From Takakia lepidozioides (Eukaryota; Plantae; Bryophyta): a stretch of 64,000 nucleotides of DNA. The translations under genes were made by a program, and so were the position numbers. The DNA lies in contig CM060732.1 of assembly GCA_030704615.1 (NCBI GenBank), positions 28,396,001 through 28,460,000 on the forward strand, in the 5' to 3' direction. This document shows, piece by piece, positions 36,278-48,737 of this stretch. Below the pieces are notes generated by a model that was not told where the DNA came from, searched no databases, and saw nothing but the letters and a program-made list of their open reading frames with translations. Numbering within the stretch: the stretch's first letter is position 1; each line of letters opens with the position of its first letter.

Positions 36278-37261
36278 TGTTAGAGGACTGTCGGGGACTT
36301 AGACACTTATACGGGATCTGTAGGGTACCCTTAATTTTTGCACAGACTGAGACCAAGAGGAACCTTAGGGGTGACAGCAGCGCACTGTAGAGGGGGGTTA
36401 CACAGCCCAACACAGTCGTCACAGTCGTCACAGCCAACACAGCCAACACAGCCCGTCACAGTCGTCACAGCCGACACAGCCAACACAGCCCGTCACAGTC
36501 GTCACAGCAGACACAGCCAACACAGCCCGGCACAGCCACACAGCCAGTCACAGCCCGACACAGCCAAACACAGTCGCACAGCCAGTCACAGCCCGTCACA
36601 GTTTCACACAGCCAGTCACAGCTTGACACAGCTGTCACGATCATAGGGAACGAAGAGTAGGACAGGGAACGACTGTGGGGAACAACACCTGCGAAGGGAA
36701 CATGTTAGTTCACAGACGACGGTTAGCGAGGGAAACGGTTAGAACCGCGGAGAGGAAGATAAAGGGAGAAACGGGGAATTGAGGATCATCATTCGGAGGA
36801 GGACTTCTTGTCATGAAGGAGAGGGGATCGGGCAGAGATGAAGAACGGAAGTGAAGATAGAGAGATGATGAGTAGATGCTTGATATATGCAAGGCTGTAA
36901 TGATATTGTAGAGCAGATTAGAGACACAATGGCTTCGGCCTGATACCTGATAAATCATAATCGGATACTTTTACGATACAATCACACTGTGTAGAGAGAT
37001 CTGAGTGAAGCTGTGAATTGAATGGATGAGCTGATGGAATCCAATAGATTGATAAAGCAAACTGATACTTAATTATCAATGGTAAGATAGCTAACATGAA
37101 TACCAAAAGGGAAACAAATAGGAAACACCCCCATGATACACTAGCTGTAGGTCATGACTGATTGTTCTGCGCGGGCTGAGTACTTAGAGATTTCCAACTC
37201 TTCTATCTTGGAGTTTCCGCCTCGAATAGCGAAGGGATGGGTGAGTAAAAGCCGCGCGACA
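36278..37261 (+). repeat. 5' LTR (984 bp) with a CACAG-rich tandem array at ~36400-36640
   Basis: TG...CA termini, immediately followed by the PBS; near-perfect reverse complement of 48738-49841. Confidence 0.92.
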
Positions 37262-37849
37262 TTTGGCGACCATACTGGGGACCTGGGACATGAACAACCA
37301 GATGTGACAGGCATCTGGTGGGATCATGGTGGTTGGACCATTAAAGAATTTGAAGTGAATCAAATTCCCTGTGGAACGAAGGAAGAAAGATTGTCCAAAC
37401 AATTCTTTCAAAGGTTCTTGGAATTGCCAGACGGTTGTAAAGAAAATATTCTTAAGCGAGTGCATGATGCTGATCCAGAATGGGGTCTGGAGAAAAGAGT
37501 GATAAAGATTTATCAGGTAGCCTGTAGAGGAAGAGCACGTTGGTTACCAACATTGGTTTATGTGATAGCATTGCTATCCATTAAACGAGTAGAGTTTGAA
37601 GGCTGGGAAGAAAGAAAGGTGAATGTTTATACTCATATGCATGAAGAGCTTGTACTGGTAAAGAATTGGATTCCAAAGGATATTTTGTGGATCAAACTCA
37701 CACCAAGAACAGCTTTTCAGACTTGTTTGCCATATGGTTATATGGTAACGGAGACTTCAAGTATAGCCAAGGGTGCATTGAAGCTTGAAAGAAACCCAGG
37801 CATATACGAGAGATATTACAGAAGAGAGTTTTGGTTATTGCCACATTAA
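37154..37849 (+). CDS. Accessory pre-gag ORF of the Gypsy element (unknown function; F-box-like motif)
   Basis: 231-aa ORF that begins inside the LTR and spans the PBS; contains FLELPDGCKENILKRV. The true start is uncertain. Confidence 0.4.
   Translation: MTDCSARAEYLEISNSSILEFPPRIAKGWVSKSRATFGDHTGDLGHEQPDVTGIWWDHGGWTIKEFEVNQIPCGTKEERLSKQFFQRFLELPDGCKENILKRVHDADPEWGLEKRVIKIYQVACRGRARWLPTLVYVIALLSIKRVEFEGWEERKVNVYTHMHEELVLVKNWIPKDILWIKLTPRTAFQTCLPYGYMVTETSSIAKGALKLERNPGIYERYYRREFWLLPH
37264..37282 (+). promoter_or_regulatory. Primer-binding site (probably tRNA-Arg type)
   Basis: TGGCGACCATACTGGGGAC, 2 nt after the LTR end. TGG is the complement of the tRNA CCA end. Confidence 0.75.
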
Positions 37850-37870
37850 AAGAAATGAAAGACATGGGAC

Positions 37871-40281
37871 ATGAGTGATGAAAGAGAAGCTAGACGACGG
37901 AGATATTCAGCAAAAAGAGAAAGCTATCTGAAAGCTAATTATCCATATCTTTGGGAGAGAGGAATAGACATAGGGGAATCATCTGGACCTCTCACACCAT
38001 CAAGATCAAAAAGTGCATCACCTATACCGGAAGAACTAGAGTTGGATGCCACTCCTTCTGTTTCTTTGCAAGAAAGATTAAGGGAATTGGTACAGGAAGA
38101 AGATCAATCACGAGGTGAAAGATCTGAGGTACATCCTTGGATAAAAGACTTGACAGAAATCTTTGATAAGAGTTAGCATGGAACACCAAAAGCAGGAACT
38201 CCAGTTTCTGAAGCAGAAGGTGAAGAAGGAGAAGAGGATGTGGCAGAGCCAACGGAGAGTTCAGACTCTCCAACACCATTACAGTTGAGTTACATGAGTG
38301 AAGAAGAAACCCAAGGGCAGAACTTGGAGGATGAAAACAGAGAGAAGAAATTAGAAGAGGAAGAATATGAAGAAGTAGACCCAACAGCTGAGGTTGAGAC
38401 TACAACCAGGACATCCCAACCCGTTGGACCTGGATCAAGTGGAGCACTTGGATCACAGGCCAACGAAGGTGTCGGCTCAGGGGGATCAGGCGGGCTGCCT
38501 GGATCTGGCTCTGGGGGGACAGGGAGTGTGGAAAGTAGTGCAACTGAAGCTGGGAATACTGTGAATATCGTGGGGCCAGAAGCAAGGAGTGCTCAAGGGC
38601 CACCACTTGGTGGAAGATCCACCACAAAAACAACAGGTCCAGAAGGACCAGCACCAGCAAGGGTGCCAGCACCTGTCAGTGGGCAGAAGGTAGGGCCACG
38701 GATGGCGTTACAACCAACACGGGCAAAACCACCCTTTCCAATATATTCAGGAAAAGGGATCCCGATGTACACATTAGCCAATTTGAGCACATGTGTATAG
38801 TGAACAATGAGAATGGCGATGATGCCAAGATGAGACTGTTTCCTTGTTCACTTATCAAGAAAGCAAGTGAATGGTATGCAAGATTCCCTGATAATCATTT
38901 CCTAACCTGGAATGGCTTGAATACAACATTTCGAAATAGGTTTAGGACAAGTAAAACTGAGGATGAAGTGTATGGAAGTTTACAACAGCTGAAGCAGAAG
39001 AAGCATGAAACTGTTGAAGAGTATATGGAGAAATGGAATTGATGATGAAAAAGCTGGCTGCAGTACCAGCGCCCGGGTTACAGAAGACTTGGTTTGTGAG
39101 TGGACTAAGACCAGAGTTGCAAAAGAAAGTGGATATGTTACCCCATAATACAGTGGAGGAGGCATTTGAAACTGCGAACAGAATTGAGCAATTGGGAATG
39201 CTCAGGAGAGAGAAAAAAAGAAGATGAGGACTCTGAGGATGAGTCAGATGAAGAAGAAGAGCAAGAACTAAAGAGAAAGAGTAAGAGAAAGGAGAAGTTG
39301 AAGAGGGGTAACTATGAAAAAAAATTGGAAGAAATCTTGAAGAAGTATGCCACAGAGGCTGCAACACATTGGAGGAAGGGTGTATGGTGTGCAAAGTGTC
39401 AGAATGAAGGCCATACCACCACAGAATGCCACATGAAGGAGAAACACTGTACTATCCGTAAAATGGATAACCATTCTACTGAGAATTGTTACTACAACAG
39501 AAGGACAGCTGCAAGAGAACCTAGGCAAGTAAGGGTGCATCAGGTGCAGCCCCAGCCAAGAAGAAACAATGATCAGGACCACTATGGTAGGTCTGGTGGT
39601 TATAACAATGGCATGGAAGGGAGAGGCAATTCAAGAGGGAATTACCAAGGAAATTCCAGAGGCAACTATCAGGGTAATCCAAGGGGGAATTACCAGCCCG
39701 GGAATCAGGATTATAGAAATAATCCAAGAACAGACCAAGGGCGAGGACCCAATGGTGAAGAGCTATGTTACTATTGTAATCAGCCAGGACATCGCAAGGC
39801 AGCCTGTTCATTCTGGATAAGACACCAGAATGAGATGAGAGCTCCTGTGAATGAGGGCCCAGTGGTGGCAGCTCACATGGTTAGGCCATGTGTTGTACCA
39901 GAAGTAAGTACAATGATAGTAACAAGAAGTAAAGCCAAACTAATACCTCCAGTAGAAGAGGAAGAAGATGAGACTGGAAGTGGCAATGATATGCCTGAAG
40001 ATGAAGAGACTTGGAAAGATGAGAAGGAACTGCACAAGGAAGTGGCAGATACTATAAGGGAAATGCAAAAGAGTACTGATATTCCTGTGGCAGATTCCTC
40101 TGATTCGGATGGAGAAAAAGAAGGGAGTGAGGAAGAAAGGAAAAAAGAAGATGCAGACATGCAAAGTAATGAAGAGACTTTGGCTGAAGTAATATGTCAG
40201 ACCAAAGCAGAAATTACCATTGGACAGCTATTAGTTGTGGCACCTTATTGTAGGCACAGGCTGTATCAAGCAATCAATTGA
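37871..40281 (+). pseudogene. gag: gag with long acidic/Gly-rich N-terminal extension (one in-frame stop and several frameshifts)
   Basis: FPIYSGK..DPDVH, MRLFPCSLIKKASEWY, LKQKKHETVEEY, FVSGLRPE, three CCHC-type knuckles (CAKC..GH....C, a degenerate second, CYYCNQPGHRKAAC). Confidence 0.85.
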
Positions 40282-40320
40282 ATTGCCCAAGAGACAGGAA
40301 ACACAGACCTGAACAGCAAG

Positions 40321-43300
40321 GTGACCAGTTATAATGTGAAGCCGGAAGGGCGAGAACCAGTCATGGACTTTGATGATTCTATGCCAGTAATCCAATTGAG
40401 AATTGGAAGCACAGAACTAACTGATGTACTGATAGATGGTGATTCTGGAGTAAATATCATGACAGACCAATTAAGGAAGAAGCTTGGTCTAAGTAACATG
40501 AAACCAGCCCCATTTACAGTAACAATGGCAGATCAAAGAAGTGTACAACCATTGGGATTAATAAGAGGAGTTAAGATACAGATACAGAAAATGATCTTTA
40601 TGATCACAGTAACTGTATTAAAAATGGATGAAGTCATGGAGGCTTACTCCTTATTATTGGGACGTCCGTGGCTGAAACAGGCCAGGGTATTCCATGACTG
40701 GAATTCTCAGTTACTAACCGTGCATAATGGGATACACGAGATACAAATTACCACAAAGAAATCTAGTAGATTACCTGCTACAAGAAGACCTCGAGGAGTC
40801 AGAGAGTATGACTGGAGAGGAGGACTGGATGAGGAGCAGGAAGCTACCCTATTTGCTGCACACCCAGAGTGGGAGCAGGTTGCAGAGATGCGGCTGGAAA
40901 GCCTAAGTTGTTTGAGAGGTATCTGCTGTGGTGTAGTGACAGCAACACCAACTGAAGAAGAAACCAGCATTTACCCATCACATTTCTATGAAGAAAGAGA
41001 AGGAGAAATAGAGATCCTAGAAGAACCAGCCACTGTGAGCTTACAGGATGAAGTGGTGACTGGTTGGACAATCACAGCTGATGAGCAGGTGAGAGAAGTA
41101 AATGTGGGAACTAAAGAGGAACCGAGGATGGTGAAAGTAGGAGCTGATTTGGAGCCGGAATTCTTCGAAGAAGCTAAAAGCTTGTTCATCAAATACAGAG
41201 ATGTATTTGCTTGGAGCTATGAGGATCTAAAAGGGATACCACCTGAAGTCTGTCAGCATAAGATTGAACTGGAACTAGGGTCAGTACCAATCAAGCAGGG
41301 GAGGTATAGAATGAATCCCAACTACGCACAGAAGGTTGGAGAAGAGATAAAGAAGTTGGCTGAGGCTAAGTTTATATACCCAATAGAGTATACAACTTGG
41401 TTGTCACCCATTGTTATAGTTCCCAAGAAGAATGGCAAACTAAGAGTATGTGTGAACTATAAGAAGCTGAATGCTTGTACGAAGAAAGATCCATTCCCTT
41501 TGCCATTCATAGAAGCAGTATTAGACACTGTGGCAGGCCATGAGATGTACTCATTCATGGATGGCTTCAGTGGTTATAATCAAGTGCAAGTGGCAGAAGA
41601 AGACCAAGGGAAAACAGCTTTCATCACAGACTGGGGGGCTTATGCATACAAAGTCATGCCCTTTGGACTTTGTAATGCACCAGCGACCTTTCAGAGAGTG
41701 ATAAGTGAATCTTTTCATGAGTATCTGGATGATTTCATGCAGGTGTTCTTGGATGATTTCAGTGTGTACAGCTCTAAGAATGAGCACTTGCATAAATTGG
41801 AGTTATGCCTGGCCAGATGCAGGATGAGAGGTCTGGGCTTGAATCCAGAGAAGTGTACTTTCTGTGTGAACTCAGGGGTGCTTCTGGGACACATTGTGTG
41901 TAAGAAGGGATTCTTGTGGATCCCAGGAAGACAGAGTCCATTAAAGCCTCTCCACCACCAGTGAATGTTAAGAGTTTAAGGAGATTCCTTGGGCAAACCA
42001 GTTATTACAGAAGATTTGTCAAAAGGTATGCACAAATAGCAGCACCATTGAGCAAGCTTCTGAAGAAAGATGCAGTGTTTGCCTGGACAGCTGAATGTCA
42101 ACAGGCGTTTGAGGAACTTACACTGTCAGTAACAACTACACCTGTGCTGATTAACCCTCACTGGCATGTAGTATTTCATGTTCACTGCGATGCATCAGGA
42201 GAAGCGTTGGGAGCGGTGTTAGCCCAGAATGTTACAGGAAATATAGATTCACCTGTGTACTATGCTAGCAGGTTGATGAACAGTGCTGAAAGGAACTATA
42301 GCACAACTGAAAGAGAAGCATTGACAATGATTTATGCAGTCAAGAAATTCAGGCATTACCTATTGGGAAGAAAGTTTATGTTTTATGTGGATCACCAGGC
42401 TCTGATATATCTGGTGAACAAACCTTTGATAAGTGGAAGGATAGCGAGGTGGTTAATAATCTTGCATGAGTTTGAGTTCGAGGTTATTTACAAGCCTGGC
42501 CGTTTGCATCTTGTGGCAGATCATTTGTCACGACTAACAACAGGAGAGGCCGCCACAGGAGTGGACGATCAGTTACCTGATGCGAGTTTATTTGTAATGG
42601 AGGTGCAAGGAAGTGCAGATGAATGGTTAGATTGGCAGTGGCCAATCAGATACTACCTTGCTCATGGTCAGTGCCCACCTAGTTATGGTAAGGAGCAGAG
42701 GAAGAGAATCGCTATCAAAGCTTTACCTTATACTATGGTAGGAAGCAGAATGTATAAGTTAGGACCTGATGGAGTACTAAAACGATGCTTGTACCACCAT
42801 GAAGTAAATAAAGTTTTGGCGGAAGTTCATAAAGGAGTGGCTGGAGGTCATTTTGGAGAAGAGACTACCAGTAGAAAGATACTACTCGCAGGATACTGGT
42901 GGCCTACTTTGTTCAAAGATGTACACGAGTATTGTCAGAAGTGTGATGAATGTCAGAGGCTAGGACCTTTGCAGAGATCTGGAAGGATGGCCTTGCATCC
43001 TACAATGCCTACGGAACCATTTCAGAAATGGGGACTAGACTTTGTTGGACCAATTAACCCACCATCCAAGAATACACGAAACAGGTACATAATTACAGCC
43101 ACTGATTATACTACAAAGTGGGTGGAAGCTAAAGCTTTGAGGGACAACACAGCCAAGTCCACAGCAAGGTTCCTGTACGAGAACATACTTACAAGATTTG
43201 GCTGTCCCTTAGAATTTATCAGTGATCAAGGAAGTCACTTCATGAATGCGACCATTGAGTTGTTGACTAAAGAGTTTATGATTGTGCATAGAAAGAGTAC

Positions 43301-44423
43301 AACATATTACCCACAGGGTAATGGGCAGGCAGAGGCTACCAACAAAATACTATGTACTATCTTGGCTAAGATAGTCAATGCAAACAGAACGGATTGGGAT
43401 ACAAAGCTGCTGACAGCTTTGTGGTCATACAGGACTTCATATAAAGTCACCACTAAGTATACACCATTCCAATTAGTTTATGGTATGGAAGCCTTACTTC
43501 CAGTGGAATTCCTGTTACCTACCATGAGAACGGAGTGGGGAAAAAGAATGGAATTGCAAGACTCCATCAAGGTCAGGAAACATGAATTATACCATGTGGA
43601 AGAAGTACGTGCTGATGCAGCTGATAATATGACCAGAATTCAGATGAAGCGAAAGGAACAGTTTGATGAAGGCAAGTTAAAGACTTTTAAGACGGGGGAT
43701 TTGGTTCTATGGTTGCAGAAGAAAGGAAAGATTCAAGCTTCTAAGCTTAAATCACCGTGGAAAGGACCTTATGTCATACAAAAGATGTATGATAACAACA
43801 CCGCCATGTTACAAACCATTAACAAAGAAATGCTGGGAAGAGTCAATGCAAATAAGTTGAAGGGGTACAGTGGTATCCATGACAAACCCCTGCAGCATGA
43901 TTTGCATGTTGAACCGCAAGAGCAGTCACGGGCTGCACCAGTGTTACGAACGGAGTATGGAACACTTGTCGCTAGGCCCAGCATATATGACCAGGGTGGG
44001 CAAAACAAACATGACACATCCTATCACAGCCCATCAAGGCAAAGCACAGCCTATCACAGCCCATCACGACGTGAGACAGCCTATCACAGCCCAGCAAGGC
44101 GCAACATAGCCTATCACAGCCCATCACGACGTGACACAGCCTATCACAGCCCAGCACGGCGCAACACAGCCTATCACAGCCCATCACGACGTGACACAGC
44201 CTATCACAGCCCATCACGACGTGACACAGCCTATCACAGCCCAGCACGGCGCAACACAGCCTATCACAGCGACGTGACACAACCTATCACAGCCCAGCAA
44301 GGCGCAACACAGCCTATCACAGCAGCACAGCAACACAGCCTATCACAACCTACCACAGCGTGTCACAGCCTATCACAGCTTACCACAGTGCATCACAGCC
44401 TATCACAGCGTAACACAGTATGA
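40321..44423 (+). pseudogene. pol: pol: protease, RT, RNase H, integrase (frameshift near 41915)
   Basis: VLIDGDSGVN, LRVCVNYKKLN, MPFGLCNAPATF, FLDD, CDASG, ERNYSTTEREAL, HHCC, WGLDFVGP/SDQGSHF/NGQAEATN, WKGPY. Confidence 0.92.
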
Positions 44424-44450
44424 CACAGCCTGTCACAGCTCAACACAGTC
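44010..44450 (+). repeat. 30-bp tandem array (ACAGCCTATCACAGCCCATCACGACGTGAC-like), decaying at the 3' end
   Basis: About 8 clear copies, translated in the integrase frame as TAYHSP(S/A)RR(D/N). Confidence 0.9.
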
Positions 44451-44925
44451 TACTAAAGTTACACGATCCATAGAATCAGTGACAAGTGGACACATAATAA
44501 CTTCAGGAAAATGGCTGACGGAAGAGGAAACGGAAATTACTTTAAAAATGGACATGTGGAGGTCGGGGCGCGACACACAGCCGAGAAGGAAGTGCAAGAA
44601 CAGGTGTCAAAAAGAAAGAGGACAAGAACGGCCGTCAAAAGGGATGAAAGGCGGGCCCATTAATGAGTACGGAAAAAGGGAAACGGAACGAACGGCAAGT
44701 ACAGAAAAGCGGAATTCTTGTCACATGTGTGATCCTAGTGGACTATCCAACAGGGAAAGTCCACTAAAGAAGATAAAATCTAAAATCCAGTCACAGCGGA
44801 TACAACCAATAGAAAACCAGAGAAAGGATCAAGAAAATGGAGGGAAATTGAGCGCAAGAGGCGGCGTCGTTCTGAGTAACGGGCGTCTCGACAGGACAGA
44901 CCATCAATGCTATACCTTGGAAACT

Positions 44926-47900
44926 ATGGAGGAACTAACAGACTATACGCTCGCAATATTACTTACGCAGTGGCATAGACACGAAAGGACAGAGCGGAGC
45001 TTTTCTCTTGAGCGATGCTTGCAAGCCCCGCAGGCTTACAAGAAATTACCCATAGCTTTCTGCGACAACCATACGTTTATGCTTTGTGCACTACAGGCAT
45101 TCCTGCAGTTGTTACAGCCAAAACAGTTCTGTGAGTCTAAAATGAAGAGAGTGAGAGGAATGGAGGAAATCAGGGTGAAGAGCACCACAATTCTGCAGAA
45201 ACAAACGATTGCTACCCCACAGGCGATACAGATACTGGAGGAGCTGAGATTGCAAGGATTGCAAAGCCTAGATTGGACACTACACCATAGACAGTACATG
45301 TTACAATTTTTGCAGAACTTTGAGCCAAGGACAGGAACAACAACGGTGAAGGGAGTTGAATTAATGATTACTCCCCTATACCTCCAGCAATTGTTTCGAT
45401 TGCCAGCAGGTCAGGTGCATGTGGAGCAACACAGGGCAAGACTGCAAATAGAGGACTTATTCCAAGAAGGGAGTTTCTTTAAAACTCAGGGTTATGCTTG
45501 TACCAAGGCTGTGTACCCAGGGTTAAAAGAGGTAGGCCAGGTATTGAACGTTCTGATTGCCATGAAACAGAACCAACAGTATTTGAGCAGATCCTTCACG
45601 GAGGAAATACTCAAAGGCCTGAAGGGACGAGAGGTACAATGGGCGGACATAATGTACAACGCACTGGTAGAGGAGATGAAAAGATTACAAGGTACTACCG
45701 CAAAGTCTCCTATAATAGTGTCTGGCCCAATCATTGCTCAAATAATCCTTGATTCTTGCATACTTAATGCGCAAGAAAGAAAGGAAATGGGAGTGTTTGA
45801 ACCAGCAACAACTACAATGGAAGAGCAAGGCTCTTCACACAGTGAGGGTGGAGTAGCAGGGCAACCCGAGACTAAGAGGCAGAGACGGGGAAAGACTGTA
45901 GTGGCGGATCCACTGGCTTCACGGATTCCGCATGATAATGTTTCCCAAGCTCATGGCCAGGAAGGGGCACACCAGCACAGAGAAATGCTATTACTGGAAG
46001 CAGGACCTTCAGAGAGGGAGGAGGAAGTTACTTCTGCATCACAACCATCACAGCCACCTGAACGACTTGTCACAAGGTCACAAGTTATCCATGCAGCTCA
46101 ACCAGAAATAATTGATTTGGAAAGTGAAGGGTTAGATATTCCAACTACAGAACAAATAGTGGCAGAAATAGAGAAGGGGGACCTTCTCTATGAATATTCT
46201 GGTCTGGTCAAGGAGACAGAAATCCCAGAGGTGCAACAGTTGCCCAAGGGAAATCCTGAGGTGCATATAATACACACACCTGTGTCGGAGGTACCACAGA
46301 CGGAAAGTCATGACACTGTAGCACCGGTGATAGAGGAAGTAGTTCAGGAAGAAAATCCGGTGGGACAATGGCCTGAATGGTTAGTGAGACATCACACTGT
46401 TGAAGATCAGGAGGAACAGCAGCAACCTCACCATGATGACCCTCAACAGGCAATGCTGATGAGTTCCATAGGCAGGACACTTAATTTGTTGGGGACTTAT
46501 GTCAAATCCCATGTTCCAATTACCCAATTGACAGCCTTGAGAGAGGAACTCAGGAAGGAGTTTGAGGCTCGACTTGCCACTGAGTGTGCAAACAAGGTCG
46601 ATGAAGAGGTCACTCTCAAGATGAAGCAGGACTTGGGAAATACAGAAATGGCTTTGCAATTGGCCAAGGAACAATTGATTGAGGCAGGCCTCGCGCAAGA
46701 CCAGTTGCACGAAGCACATAAGCAACAGCTATACCAAATGCAGGTGCAGCATGAAAGCAAGTTGCAAGAACTGAATGCACTACATACGGAGTTGCAGACA
46801 GTGCATAACAGGATGACGATACAATGTGCTACATTTACAACTATGCTTGACCAATCTACAAAAGAAATAAACAGTCAAGCGGAAAAATGTACGAAGGCAG
46901 AAGAAGAGAATGTTGAGCAAATGAAGCTCATTATAGATATGAAGAATACAATCTGTCGCAATGAAGATACTTTCAAGCAATACAGGCAGATTGAAGCTGA
47001 TCAAGAGAAGCACATCGTGGAGTTGCAACAAACCATCATGGCCAATAGAAATGAAATCGTGGTCAATAACAAGGCTTGGAAGGAAGCCAATAATCTACTT
47101 GCTGCTTATGCGCAATTGGTTGAACCTCAGGCAAAGCGCATGGAGGCTTTACAACAGCAATTGGAATTGTACAAGCTAAGGGAGGAGCAAACTCTCAGGG
47201 GAACCACAAGCAACTTGGTAGATAACAGCCTTATGCAGGTCTGGTTAGCACAAGGGCCAGTAGAGGGCAAAGCACCACGGAAGCTCACCCAAAGCGAGAC
47301 GAATGAGCTCAGGCTGCAGGTGCAGAACATTGCCACAACTACTATAGACAATGTCTATAGTAGGATAGCAGAGTTACAAGAGGATGTAGACGGACTCCAG
47401 ACTCAAGTGGAAGAACTCACTTCAAACATCGGCCAAAGAGTCTATATCCCTCAGGAACAGCTAATGGCTTCTTATTTACAAGCCAGAACTTTGGCTTTTC
47501 AGTCTTCACAGGAGGTGCAGGAGATGCCAATGATACAAGAGCCAGTACCACCACCACCACAACAAGTCACTGTACCAGTAGTTGAACCTGTGGTTACTAC
47601 AACCACACCACAGCCACCACAGCCGGAGGTATGGGGCAATGCCGCTTTTAACCCACCTAAAACTCCAGCTGCAAGGGAGTACAGTAGGGCTATGATTATG
47701 CCCTTCAACCAAATTCCCATCATGTTGGATTTGGCTTGGAAAGAATTTAGTCCTCCGCAGTCATTCGCACATTACTACCAAATTATGCGTATTTGGCTGC
47801 CAGTGGCAACTAGGACTAAAGTTCTTCCGAACAATCGACATATTGAAGATCATCACTTTGCACAATACTGACACGAGGCGGGTACCATGTTGAGGGAATT

Positions 47901-48693
47901 GATTGCTTTCCAGGTTGTACATGGACTCATTTATACCAAGACCAAGGAGATAGCAAGTATTGTCATGGGGTGCGGGTTATACTACGCTGCTTGTTTTCTG
48001 GTACGTTACCACATTGAGCAACAAAAGATGCAAACACGCTTTCTGAGTTATTCCAGTGGAGATCATTGGGTATTACCTTCGGTGCCACCTCATATGTACC
48101 TATATGACCCAAAAGTTATGATGCAAAAGGATTCTCAAATTCGTTCATGGTTTCAAGCGGCCTGGAACCATTTGTCAACACAGAAATTCGGCATTGATGA
48201 CATTTTCTATAAGGGACATGTGGCATGGAAGTACTTGCACGCTGCACCAGTAATTGGTACCCCACTCACCTGGACAGACAAGGAGCTCAGTGTCTACACC
48301 AATTTTGCTGTTCAGCGGTTACACCAAGTTGTAAAATACAAACTTCCAGACATGGTAGGACAGCATTGTATGCCCCAGATGATTCCACAAAAAGTTCGAA
48401 AATTAAAACACCTGAGAGGTGATGAGGATTCTGATACAACTGTTTCTTCACCGAATTCTTTTGACATGGGAGAAGACTATGCAGTTCAGATGGCAGAGAA
48501 GAAGCGAAGGGGGTCTCCTATGCCGGAAAGGTTACCTCCATATCAGCCTCCAGAGGGCCTCACTTATCCAGGTAGTGATCAACCATCTCCGTCAACCAGA
48601 GACAGACCTCGGGCTCGTACACACAGTCCGCCACGAAACTCTCAACGTCAAGAAGGTGCTCACTCACAAAGGTTTGCTAGTCGAAATCAGTAA
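44926..48693 (+). CDS. Large accessory 3' ORF ('env-like' position), ~1250 aa, coiled-coil, with one premature TGA at 47869
   Basis: ORFs 44479-47871 and 47887-48693 are in frame; the sister copy has W at the stop. Conservation with the sister copy begins at MEELTDYTL. The N-terminal QFLQNF...VKGVEL.ITP..LQQLF.LP motif is typical of plant-TE accessory proteins. Confidence 0.8.
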
Positions 48694-48694
48694 A

Positions 48695-48728
48695 CCGTGA
48701 GGACACGGCTTTTTGAGGGGGGAAGGGG
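48695..48728 (+). promoter_or_regulatory. Pre-PPT hairpin plus polypurine tract
   Basis: CCGTG-AGGA-CACGG, then CTTTTT, then GAGGGGGGAAGGGG. The same arrangement occurs in the second copy (59907-59943, minus). Confidence 0.85.
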
Positions 48729-48737
48729 TAAACAAAA

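Noticed and set aside
36338-37106. Small ORFs duplicated on opposite strands (62, 82 and 102/142 aa) as genes
   Set aside because: They are translations of LTR and tandem-repeat DNA, useful only as evidence for the inverted repeat.
44010-44450. CRISPR array (also considered for 52800-52927)
   Set aside because: Head-to-tail repeats without unique spacers, no cas genes, and a eukaryotic context.
44926-48693. True retroviral envelope glycoprotein
   Set aside because: No signal peptide and no clear membrane anchor; the sequence is dominated by coiled-coil and acidic segments.
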